Below are positions 22,621-33,500 of a stretch of DNA of 64,000 nt, piece by piece (the first letter of the stretch is position 1; every line of letters begins with the position of its first letter). The notes beneath the pieces are model-generated. The model did not search any database. It was given only the letters and a program-made list of their open reading frames with translations, and was not told the origin of the DNA. The DNA is taken from contig CM068771.1 in the NCBI GenBank assembly GCA_035084275.1, forward strand, positions 5,394,001-5,458,000, given 5' to 3'. This stretch comes from Hydrolagus colliei. Taxonomy: Eukaryota. Made by a program: the position numbers and the translations under genes.

Positions 22621-24104
22621 CTGTTGACAAATGATGTGTGTTTTTACACTGTGATTTTATGCAGGAATCCTGTACAATAGTGATGAGCCTCGCAAGTGAG
22701 AGAGGACACGGGTTTGATTCGCAGACGGGGTGAATCGTTAGGTAAACTTCCTTACTTCATCTGCTTATGTTTACCTAGCGGGAACTATATATGGCATCTC
22801 TGGGACACTACTGATGACGGCACAGTCCAGTCTGGTACATCGGCAGCTCAGTCACTGGGGGCAGGGAATCCTCCCACTCTCAGCGCCTTGGGATGTCCTC
22901 CTGATGTGAAAGGCACTATACAAGTGTAATTTGTTGTTGTTAACCCTGCAGCCAAAGCCCTACCGGAGAGGGTGATCCTAGTTGGACAGGTTGCAGGAAA
23001 GCTTGCCAGGCAATGATATCAATGGTAAGCTACAGGGTGTTTAGCTGGAAAGACTCCAGCGTTCACCCCAAACCACACTTTGTGTCCTCAAACCTTGGTG
23101 AATATCTCTATCCCTGAGATATTCTTTGAATTCGCAGCTTGGCTTGGAGACTCTTAAGCAATGGTGATTTGTTTAAATCCCTCCCCTACTACATCTGTAA
23201 CCTCCCATCTCCTCACTGCCTATGCTCCACTCGGCCTGGACTCCTTCTTGTCCCCCAAATCCTCCGCTCCACCTTCGGCGGCCTTGCTTTAAGCCACTTT
23301 GCCCTGCAACTTTGGAACCCCCTCCCTTAACCCCCTCGCCTCATCCCCTTCCTTTCCCATCTCTAGGTCGCGCCCGAAGAACTTTCTTCGACCTTCCCAC
23401 TGGATCAGCTCCGCTGTTGTGAAGCGCTCTGAGGCGCCGACCGGCGTGGATAAATAACCTGTTGACGGTTTACGAGATACGACAGAACACATAGCTGAGC
23501 AAAAGATATTTAAATACCTGTGTTCCCGCTCCTCCAGCCGTGTATTGAACTCTTCCAGGACTGAGATTATCTCCGAGTGCCCGGCCTGTCGGGCCAAGTC
23601 CAAAGCATCCTGTCCTGTTGCATTGCACACGCCGACCCAGGCAGCCCCACACTCCAGCAAGTAGCTCACCACCTCCAATTGCCCAGCGTAGGCCGCGCAC
23701 ATCATTGCAGTCCAGTAGAAACTGTCGTGGAAATTCAGGTTGCATTTGTCTCCCCGCACCAAGCCTCGGAGAGTCTTAAGGTCCCCATTCTGGGCACTCA
23801 TCAGCATCAAGTGGCCGTTCCTCTGGGCAGCCCGGGCGGTCGAGACGGGCACAGAGTGGCCGAGTGGGGAGGCAGGGAGAGAGTGTGGCCTGCTCCGTGC
23901 CCGCCGCCGCACGTTACAGCTGTGGGTCAAGCCTGCCTCGCCGCCTGTCAAGGGGAGGCTCTCGTAGAAAGCCCTTGCCTCCTCCCCACCCAGAGCTCCC
24001 CCTCCTTCCGTGCGACCCGCGCGCAGCTTCTCGTGCTCGCCGTTTTCCCACGTCTCTCCTCGCCGCGACGCGCTGGTAAACCTGATGAGGCTGCAGGGGT
24101 TCAT
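22168..24104 (-). CDS. GPANK1: G patch domain and ankyrin repeats 1 (BAT4), two coding exons, ~346 aa if the frameshift is corrected
   Basis: N-terminus MNPCSLIRFTSA..WENG and ARAFYE; ankyrin region WTAMMCAAYAGQLEVVSYLLECGAAWVGVC; FCLVCE..H..STLHLFN; G-patch GFKMMLRGGWDREKGLGPEG; C-terminus RAWERDLRTYMNL*. Confidence 0.95.
23518..24104 (-). CDS. GPANK1: GPANK1 first coding exon (ankyrin repeats)
   Basis: 587 nt open frame ending CAC AG|gtattt. Probable exon acceptor at 24183. Confidence 0.93.
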
Positions 24105-24467
24105 TGCGTACAGACGCTCCCAGCATTCAAACCATTGGATATTATCTCAATTCACTCCTCCGCACGCCTTGCAAACGATGCCCCTTTAGGGGTGGGGGGG
24201 AGAAAGCAGAGTGTGAGCTTTTATATCTAGATGTCTCAAAGCGCTTCACAGAATATACTGTTAAGTCAATTGATTGTATATTTGTGGGGTGAAATGTGGC
24301 AGCCAATTGCGCACAGCAGTGTCCCCCCCACCACACACAAAATGGGTTAAAATTAACAAATTATCATTGTTATTTTAAGGGATTATCATCAGGTGTGTGG
24401 AGTAATAAGGGGAGTGGCAGAGAGAGGGGGGGGGGGAGGGAGAGAGAGGCAGGGAGAGGGGGGGGGG

Positions 24468-27400
24468 AGTGGCAAGATGGGGGGGGTGGGGGAGTGGCAA
24501 GGTGGGGGAGTGGCACGGTGGGGGGGTGGGGGAGTGGCAAGGGTGGGGGGGTGGGGGAGTGGCAAGGTGGGGGGGTGGGGGGAGTGGCAAGGTGGGGGGG
24601 TGGGGGAGTGGCAAGGTGGGGGGGGTGGGGGGAGTGGCAAGGTGGGGGGGTGGGGGAGTGGCAAGGGTGGGGGGAGTGGCAAGGTGGGGGGGGGTGGGGG
24701 GGTGGCAAGGTGGGGGGGGTGGGGGGGTGGCAAGGTGGGGGAGTGGCAAGGTGGGGGGGGTGGGGGAGTGGCAAGGTGGAGGGGTGGGGAAGTGGCAAGG
24801 TGGGGGGGAGTGGCAAGGTGGAGGGATGGGGGAGTGGCAAGGTGGGGGGGTGGGGCAGTGGCAAGGTGGGGGGGTGGGGGAGTGGCAAGGTGGGGGGGTG
24901 GGGGAGTGGCAAGGTGGGGGGGGTGGGGGAGTGGCAAGGTGGGGGGGTGGGGGGAGTGGCAAGGTGGGGGGGGGGTGGGGGGAGTGGCAAGGTGGGGGGG
25001 GGGTGGGAGTGGCAAGGTGGGGGGGGGGGGGGTGGGAGTGGCAAGGTGGGGGGGTGGGGGAGTGGCAAGGTGGGGGGGTGGGGGAGTGGCAAGGTGGGGG
25101 GGGTGGGGGGAGTGGCAAGGTGGGGGGGTGGGGGAGTGGCAAGGGTGGGGGAGTGGCAAGGTGGGGGGGGGTGGGGGGGGGGCAAGGTGGGGGGGGTGGG
25201 GGGGGGGCAAGGTGGGGGGGGGGTGGGGGGTGGCAAGGTGGGGGGGGTGGGGGGGTGGCAAGGTGGGGGGGTGGGGGAGTGGCAAGGTGGAGGGGTGGGG
25301 AAGTGGCAAGGTGGAGGGGTGGGGGAGTGGCAAGGTGGGGGAGTGGCAAGGTGGAGGGATGGGGGAGTGGCAAGGTGGGGGGGTGGGGCAGTGGGCAAGG
25401 TGGGGGGGGTGGGGGGAGTGGCAAGGTGGGGGGGTGGGGGAGTGGCAAGGTGGGGGGGGTGGGGGAGTGGCAAGGTGGGGGGGGTGGGGGAGTGGCAAGG
25501 TGGGGGGGTGGGGGAGTGGCAAGGTGGGGGGGGTGGGGGAGTGGCAAGGTGGGGGGGGGTGGGGGGAGTGGCAAGGTGGGGGGGTGGGGGAGTGGCAAGG
25601 TGGGGGGGGGTGGGGGAGTGGCAAGGTGGGGGGGGGTGGGGGAGTGGCAAGGTGGGGGGGGTGGGGGAGTGGCAATGTGGGGGGGTGGGGGAGTGGCAAG
25701 GTGGGGGGGGTGGGGGGAGTGGCAAGGTGGGGGGGGGGTGGGGGAGTGGCAAAGTGGGGGGGTGGGGGAGTGGCAAGGTGGGGGAGTGGCAAGGTGGAGG
25801 GATGGGGGAGTGGCAAGGTGGGGGGGTGGGGCAGTGGCAAGGTGGGGGGGTGGCAAGGTGGGGGGGGTGGGGGGTGGCAAGGTGGGGGAGTGGCAAGGTG
25901 GGGGGGTGGCAAGGTGGGGGGGGTGGGGGGTGGCAAGGTGGGGGAGTGGCAAGGTGGGGGGTGGGGGGAGTGGCAAGGTGGAGGGGTGGGGAAGTGGCAA
26001 AGTGGAGGGGTGGGGGAGTGGCAAGTGGGGGAGTGGCAAGGTGGAGGGATGGGGGGAGTGGCAAGGTGGAGGGATGGGGGAGTGGCAAGGTGGGGGGGTG
26101 GGGCAGTGGCAAGGTGGGGGGGTGCGGGAGTGGCAAGGTGGGGGGGTGGGGGAGTGGCAAGGTGGGGGGGGTGGGGGAGTGGCAAGGTGGCAGGTGGGGG
26201 GGGTAGGGGAGTGGCAAGGTGGGGGGGGTGGGGGAGTGGCAAGGTGGGGGGGGTGGGGGAGTGGCAAGGTGGGGGGGGTGGGGGAGTGGCAAGGTGGGGG
26301 GGGTGGGGGAGTGGCAAGGTGGGGGGGGTGGGGGAGTGGCAAGGTGGGGGGGGGTGGGGGAGTGGCAAGGTGGGGGGGGTGGGGGGAGTGGCAAGGTGGG
26401 GGGGGTGGGGGGAGTGGCAAGGTGGGGGGGGGGTGGGGAGTGGCAAGGTGGGGGGGGTGGGGGAGTGGCAAGGTGGGGTGGGTGGGGGAGTGGCAAGGTG
26501 GGGGGGGTGGGGGGGGTGGGGGAGTGGCAAGGTGGGGGGGGTGGGGGAGTGGCAAGGTGGGGGGGGTGGGGGAGTGGCAAGGTGGGGGGGGGGTGGGAGT
26601 GGCAAGGTGGGGGGGGTGGGGGAGTGGCAAGGTGGGGGGGTGGGGGAGTGGCAAGGTGGGGGGGTGGGGGAGTGGCAAGGTGGGGGGGTGGGGGAGTGGC
26701 AAGGGTGGGGGAGTGGCAAGGTGGGGGGGGTGGGGGGGGTGGGGGGGTGGCAAGGTGGGGGGGGTGGGGGGTGGCAAGGTGGGGGAGTGGCAAGGTGGGG
26801 GGGTGGGGGAGTGGCAAGGTGGAGGGGTGGGGAAGTGGCAAGGTGGAGGGGTGGGGGAGTGGCAAGGTGGAGGGATGGGGGAGTGGCAAGGTGGGGGGGT
26901 GGGGGAGTGGCAAGGTGGGGGAGTGGCAAGGTGGGGGGGGTGGGGGAGTGGCAAGGTGGGGGGGGGTGGGGGAGTGGCAATGTGGGGGGGTGGGGGAGTG
27001 GCAAGGTGGGGGGGGTGGGGGAGTGGCAAGGTGGGGGGGTGGGGGAGTGGCAAGGTGGGGGAGTGGCAAGGTGGAGGGATGGGGGAGTGGCAAGGTGGGG
27101 GGGTGGGGCAGTGGCAAGGTGGGGGGGTGGCAAGGTGGGGGGGGTGGGGGGTGGCAAGGTGGGGGAGTGGCAAGGTGGGGGGGGTGGCAAGGTGGGGGGG
27201 GTGGGGGGTGGCAAGGTGGGGGAGTGGCAAGGTGGGGGGGTGGGGGAGTGGCAAGGTGGAGGGGTGGGGAAGTGGCAAAGTGGAGGGGTGGGGGAGTGGC
27301 AAGGTGGGGGAGTGGCAAGGTGGAGGATGGGGGAGTGGCAAGGTGGAGGGATGGGGGAGTGGCAAGGTGGGGGGGTGGGGCAGTGGCAAGGTGGGGGGGG

Positions 27401-30060
27401 TGCGGGAGTGGCAAGGTGGGGGGGTGGGGGAGTGGCAAGGTGGGGGGGGTGGGGGAGTGGCAAGGTGGGGGGGGTAGGGGAGTGGCAAGGTGGGGGGGGG
27501 TGGGGGAGTGGCAAGGTGGGGGGGTGGGGGGAGTGGCAAGGTGGGGGGGGTGGGGGAGTGGCAAGGTGGGGGGGGTGGGGGAGTGGCAAGGTGGGGGGGG
27601 TGGGGGAGTGGCAAGGTGGGGGGGGTGGGGGAGTGGCAAGGTGGGGGGGGTGGGGGAGTGGCAAGGTGGGGGGGGTGGGGGGAGTGCAAGGTGGGGGGGG
27701 GGTGGGGGAGTGGCAAGGTGGGGGGGGTGGGGGAGTGGCAAGGTGGGGTGGGTGGGGGAGTGGCAAGGTGGGGGGGGTGGGGGGGGTGGGGGAGTGGCAA
27801 GGTGGGGGGGGTGGGGGAGTGGCAAGGTGGGGGGGGTGGGGGGAGTGGCAAGGTGGGGGGGTGTGGGAGTGGCAAGGTGGGGGGGTGGGGGAGTGGCAAG
27901 GTGGGGGGGTGGGGGAGTGGCAAGGTGGGGGGGGTGGGGGAGTGGCAAGGGTGGGGGGAGTGGCAAGGTGGGGGGGGGGTGGGGGGGGGTGGCAAGGTGG
28001 GGGGGGTGGGGGGTGGCAAGGTGGGGGAGTGGCAAGGTGGGGGGGTGGGGGAGTGGCAAGGTGGAGGGGTGGGGAAGTGGCAAGGTGGAGGGGTGGGGGA
28101 GTGGCAAGGTGGAGGGATGGGGGAGTGGCAAGGTGGGGGGGTGGGGGAGTGGCAAGGTGGGGGAGTGGCAAGGTGGGGGGGTGGGGGAGTGGCAAGGTGG
28201 GGGGGGTGGGGGAGTGGCAAGGTGGGGGGGTGGGGGAGTGGCAAGGTGGGGGGGGTGGGGGAGTGGCAAGGTGGGGGGGTGGGGGAGTGGCAAGGTGGGG
28301 GGGGGTGGGGAGTGGCAAGGTGGGGGGGGTGGGGGAGTGGCAAGGTGGGGGGGGTGGGGGAGTGGCAAGGTGGGGGGGTGGGGGAGTGGCAAGGTGGGGG
28401 GGGGGGGGGGAGTGGCAAGGTGGGGGGGTGGGGGGAGTGGCAAGGTGGGGAGTGGCAAGGTGGAGGGATGGGGGAGTGGCAAGGTGGGGGGGTGGGGGCA
28501 GTGGCAAGGTGGGGGGGTGGGGGAGTGGCAAGGTGGGGGGGGTGGGGGAGTGGCAAGGTGGGGGGGTGGGGGAGTGGCAAGGTGGGGGGGTGGGGAGTGG
28601 CAAGGTGGGGGGGTGGGGGAGTGGCAAGGTGGGGGGGGTGGGGAGTGGCAAGGTGGGGGGGGTGGGGGAGTGGCAAGGTGGGGGGGGTGGGGGGAGTGGC
28701 AAGGTGGGGGGGGTGGGGGAGTGGCAAGGTGGGGGGGGTGGGGGAGTGGCAAGGTGGGGGGGGTGGGGGGAGTGGCAAGGTGGGGGGGTGGGGGAGTGGC
28801 AAGGTGGGGGGGTGGGGGAGTGGCAAGGTGGGGGGGTGGGGGGAGTGGCAAGGTGGGGGGGGTGGGGGAGTGGCAAGGTGGGGGGGGTGGGGGAGTGGCA
28901 AGGTGGGGGGGGTGGGGGAGTGGCAAGGTGGGGGGGTGGGGGAGTGGCAAGGTGGGGGGAGTGGGGGAGTGGCAAGGTGGGGGGCTGGGGGAGTGGCAAG
29001 GTGGGGGGCTGGGGGAGTGGCAAGGTGGGGGGCTGGGGGAGTGGCAAGGTGGGGGGCTGGGGGAGTGGCAAGGTGGGGGGGCTGGGGGAGTGGCAAGGTG
29101 GGGGGGTGGGGGAGTGGCAGGTGGGGGGGGTGGGGGAGTGGCAAGGTGGGGGGGGTGGGGGAGTGGCAAGGTGGGGGGGGTGGGGGAGTGGCAAGGTGGG
29201 GGGGGTGGGGGAGTGGCAAGGTGGGGGGGGGTGGGGGAGTGGCAAGGTGGGGGGGTGTGGGAGTGGCAAGGTGGGGGGGTGGGGGAGTGGCAAGGTGGGG
29301 GGGTGGGGGAGTGGCAAGGTGGGGGGGGTGGGGGAGTGGCAAGGTGGAGGGGTGGGGAGTGGCAAGGTGGAGGGGTGGGGTAGTGGCAAGGTGGGGGGGG
29401 TGGGGGAGTGGCAAGGTGGGGGGGGGGGGTGGAGTGGCAAGGTGGGGGGGGTGGGGGAGTGGCAAGGTGGGGGAGTGGCAAGGTGGGGGCTGGGGGAGTG
29501 GCAAGGTGGGGGGGTGGGGGAGTGGCAAGGTGGGGGGGGTGGGGGGAGTGGCAAGGTGGGGGGGGTGGGGGAGTGGCAAGGTGGGGGGGGTGGGGGAGTG
29601 GCAAGGTGGGGGGGGGTGGGGGAGTGGCAAGGTGGGGGGGTGGGGGAGTGGCAAGGTGGGGGGGTGGGGGAGTGGCAAGGTGGGGGGGTGGGGGAGTGGC
29701 AAGGTGGGGGGGTGGGGGAGTGGCAAGGTGGGGGGGGTGGGGGAGTGGCAAGGTGGGGGGGGTGGGGGAGTGGCAAGGTGGGGGGGTGGGGGAGTGGCAA
29801 GGTGGGGGGGGGTGGGGGAGTGGCAAGGTGGGGGGGGTGGGGGAGTGGCAAGGTGGGGGGGGGTGGGGGAGTGGCAAGGTGGGGGGGGTGGGGGAGTGGC
29901 AAGGTGGGGGGGGGGTGGGGAGTGGCAAGGTGGGGGGGGTGGGGGAGTGGCAAGGTGGGGGGGGTGGGGGAGTGGCAAGGTGGGGGGGGTGGGGGAGTGG
30001 CAAGGTGGGGGGGTGGGGGAGTGGCAAGGTGGGGGGGTGGGGGGAGTGGCAAGGTGGGGG
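24468..30060. repeat. ~5.6 kb G-rich minisatellite, ~24-bp unit GGGGGAGTGGCAAGGTGGGGGGGT
   Basis: More than 200 tandem units with an invariant AGTGGCAAGGT core and variable G runs; very few C on the plus strand. Confidence 0.98.
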
Positions 30061-30329
30061 CGGGGGAGAGAGGCAGGGGGGTGGTAGGGAGAGAGGCAGG
30101 GAGAGTGTGGGGGGGGGGGGGGGGGAGAGAGAGGAGGGTGAGGGGGGGAGAGAGAGGAGGGTGAGGGGGGGAGAGTGGCAGGGAGAGGGTGGGGGGGAAG
30201 GGAGAGCGAGGGAAAGAGGGAGTCAGTCAGTGGGAGGGAGGGTGGGAGGGAGGGAGGGAGGGAGAGGAAGACAGGTCGATAAAAAAGCGAAAGAAAAGGA
30301 TAAGAGAATGTTTTACTGCAAATATTTAC

Positions 30330-30380
30330 CTCGAATCATAGATCAGCCGCCGCCATGACAACCCTCCGCGGGGCAGCCTG
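30330..30380 (-). other. GPANK1: Probable non-coding exon 1 of GPANK1 (3' boundary 30330; 5' end approximate)
   Basis: Donor CGAG|gtaaat at the edge of the CpG island, pairing with the acceptor at 24183. Contains a short uORF MAAADL* at 30336-30356. Confidence 0.5.
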
Positions 30381-30507
30381 GGAGCTGGGGGGGGGGGGGG
30401 GGGCGAAACGCCCTCGCGCGGGACGCCGGGATATGTTAGTATGGTGACGTTGGCTCGTTCGACGTCACGCACATCGTCATCGTCCCCCCCCCCCCCCCCC
30501 CGTCACC
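30331..30507. promoter_or_regulatory. Bidirectional CpG promoter for GPANK1 and VPS52
   Basis: Divergent genes. YY1-like ATGGCGGC on both strands; CRE/ATF-like TGACGT at 30445 and GACGTCA at 30461; G18 and C18 tracts. Confidence 0.7.
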
Positions 30508-30549
30508 ATGGCGGCGGCGGCTGGTGGTGAGAGGCCCGCGGCCCAGAGG
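30508..30549 (+). CDS. VPS52: VPS52 exon 1
   Basis: ccATGG Kozak context; MAAAAGGERPAAQR|gtgaga; phase 0 matches exon 2. Confidence 0.7.
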
Positions 30550-33500
30550 GTGAGAGACACAGACAGAGACAGACAGGGAGACACAGAGAGAGACACAGAC
30601 AGACAGGGAGACACAGAGAGGGTCACAGACACAGACAGACAGGGAGACACAGAGAGGGTGAGAGACACAGGCAGGGAGCGACAGAGAGGGTGAGAGACAC
30701 AGGCAGGGAGCGACAGAGAGGGTGAGAGACACAGGCAGGGAGCGACAGAGAGGGTGAGAGACACAGGCAGGGAGCGACAGAGAGGGTGAGAGACACAGGC
30801 AGAGACAGACAGGGAGACACAGAGAGGGTGAGAGACACAGGCAGGGAGCGACAGAGAGGGTGAGAGACACAGGCAGGGAGCGACAGAGAGGGTGAGAGAC
30901 ACAGGCAGGGAGCGACAGAGAGGGTGAGAGACACAGGCAGGGAGCGACAGAGAGGGTGAGAGACACAGGCAGAGACAGACAGGGAGACACAGAGAGGGAG
31001 ACACAGAGAGGGTCACAGACAGGGAGACACAGAGAGGGTCACAGACACAGACAGGGAGCGACAGAGAGGGTGAGAGACACAGGCAGAGACAGACAGGAAG
31101 ACACAGAGAGGGAGACACAGAGAGGGTCACAGACAGGGAGACACAGAGAGGGTGAGAGACACAGACAGGGAGACACAGAGAGGGTGAGAGACACAGACAG
31201 GGAGACACAGAGAGGGTGAGAGACACAGACAGGGAGACACAGAGAGGGTGAGAGACAGAGACAGACGGGGAGACACAGAGAGGGTGAGAGACAGAGACAG
31301 ACGGGGAGACACAGAGAGGGTGAGAGACAGACAGACGGAGACAGAGACAGACAGGGAGACACAGAGAGGGTGAGAGACAGAGACAGACGGGGAGACACAG
31401 AGAGGGTGAGAGACAGACAGACGGAGACAGAGACAGACAGGGAGACACAGAGAGGGTGAGAGACAGACAGGGAGACACAGTGAGGGTGAGAGACAGACAG
31501 GGAGACACAGAGAGGGTGAGAGACAGAGACAGACGGGGAGACACAGAGAGGGTGAGAGACAGACAGACGGAGACAGAGACAGACAGGGAGACACAGAGAG
31601 GGTGAGAGACAGACAGGGAGACACAGTGAGGGTGAGAGAGACAGACAGAGACAGACAGGGAGACACAGAGAGGGTCAGAGACAGACAGGGAGACACAGAG
31701 AGGGTGAGAGAGACAGACGGGGAGACACAGAGAGGTTGAGAGACAGACAGGGAGACACAGAGAGGGTGAGAGACAGAGACACAAAGAGGGTGAGAGACAG
31801 AGACAGACAGAGAGACACAGAGAGGGTTAGAGAGAGAGAGGGGGTGAGAGATACAGACAGAGAGAGATACAGAGAGGGTTAGAGAGAGAGAGAGGGTTAG
31901 AGAGACACAAACACAGACAGACAGAGAGATACAGAGAGAGAGGATGAGAGACACAGACAGAGAGACACAGAGAGGGTTAGAGAGAGAGAGAGGGTGAGAG
32001 AGACAGACAGAGAGACACAGAGAGGGTTAGAGAGAGAGGGTGAGAGAGACAGACAGAGAGATACAGAGACGGTTAGAGAGAGAGAGAAGGTGAGAGACAC
32101 AGACAGAGAGATACAGAGAGGGTGAGAGACACAGACACAGAGAGACAAACAGACAGAGATATAGAGGATATAGAGAGAGGGCTAGAGAGATACAGACACA
32201 GGTTAGCGAGACACAGACACAGGGAAAGCTACAGAGATATAGAGAGAGGGTGAGAGAGACACTAGACATAGATTTTGGAAGGGGGTGGAAGAGAAAAACA
32301 GAAAATCTCATGCGGAGATATAGGGAGAGGGTGTGAGAGAAACAGACACAGAGTGGGGAAAAGAGAGAGATACAGATATGAGAGTGTGTAGAGAATAGAA
32401 TTAAAATCAATCCGCTCCGAGACAGGGATCCAGTGAACTCTGGCAAGGACTGGAGTATCGGGGAGATACAGATGTGTGTATGTGTCTATATATATGTGTG
32501 TGTAAATATATAGATATATATGTATGTATATATATAATATATAGAGAGAGAGAGAATGGGGAGAGATATCAAGGGATAAGATCTCAATTTGGTTGTAAGT
32601 GAATGAAATGCCCCTTTTATCTCTCACACAGGCCGTCACTGATCAGAGTGATGTTGCTGAGCTGAACCTGGGAGAACTGGACTTAACATCTGACGAGTTT
32701 ATCCTGGATGAAGTAGACAGTGAGTGTTTGAGCCACACTAATCAGAATATAACTTATTATTAAATAGCACCTTACATTGATTTAGCGACCTTTACACAGT
32801 CTTGGGGCACCTAACAGTGGTGAACGCTGATGACGATGAGGTGACCTCCCTCCCTCGTTCATGTACGGTCAAAGAGTAAGGCCTTCAATCATGATCCAAG
32901 CGAGGAAAAGTAGGAGCAAGGGGATTAGTATCATAAACGGAAGAATCCTTGAAATTAGACAGTGTCACGCGTTGGGAAGACCATCTAGAAAAGAACCTAA
33001 CTCCAGTTTATACGTTAATTGCTTTAGAAAAAATGTGTTCGCTTAACGTCGCACTTTTCAAGAACCAAACTACGACGTTACCTGTACTGTAACGATTGCT
33101 TCTGTTTTGCAGTTCACATTCAAGCTAACCTCGAAGATGAACTGGTGAAGGAAGCACTAAAAACTGTAAGTTTTGAATCCCTGGGTGGACGCCATGTTCT
33201 GCTGTGCTTCGTTACGGAGCCTTTGACATTTCTGTTTTACCCTTGTGGAGTCTTAACTGCTAAACTTGCCATTGATATCGCTGTCTGGCAAGCTTACCTG
33301 ACGCTTGTCCAACTAGGACCACCAGGTCCACCAGGCCCATTAGGGCTTTGGCTTGTCCCCAGTGACGGGTCTGCCCTTCCAGGTCCTGCCGATGAGCTGT
33401 GGAATACCATGGAACTTCCTGGCACAAGAACCGGAAGAGAGACCGTCACGGAGGGCATCCTCGATTCTGAAATTCCATTGCCAAGCACAGAGGGGCAAAG

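Noticed and set aside
24468-30060. CRISPR-like repeat array
   Set aside because: Eukaryotic intron-containing DNA; the 'spacers' are just variable G runs, not unique sequences.
24296-30358. Very long Gly/Trp- or Pro/His-rich ORFs (up to 1923 aa) in all six frames
   Set aside because: Stop-free translations of the G-rich minisatellite; open in every frame, no codon signal, and inside a predicted intron.
30436-32446. Ser/Leu/Cys/Val- or Arg/Asp/Thr-rich ORFs
   Set aside because: Translations of the VPS52 intron-1 tandem repeat; only the first 14 codons from 30508 are supported.
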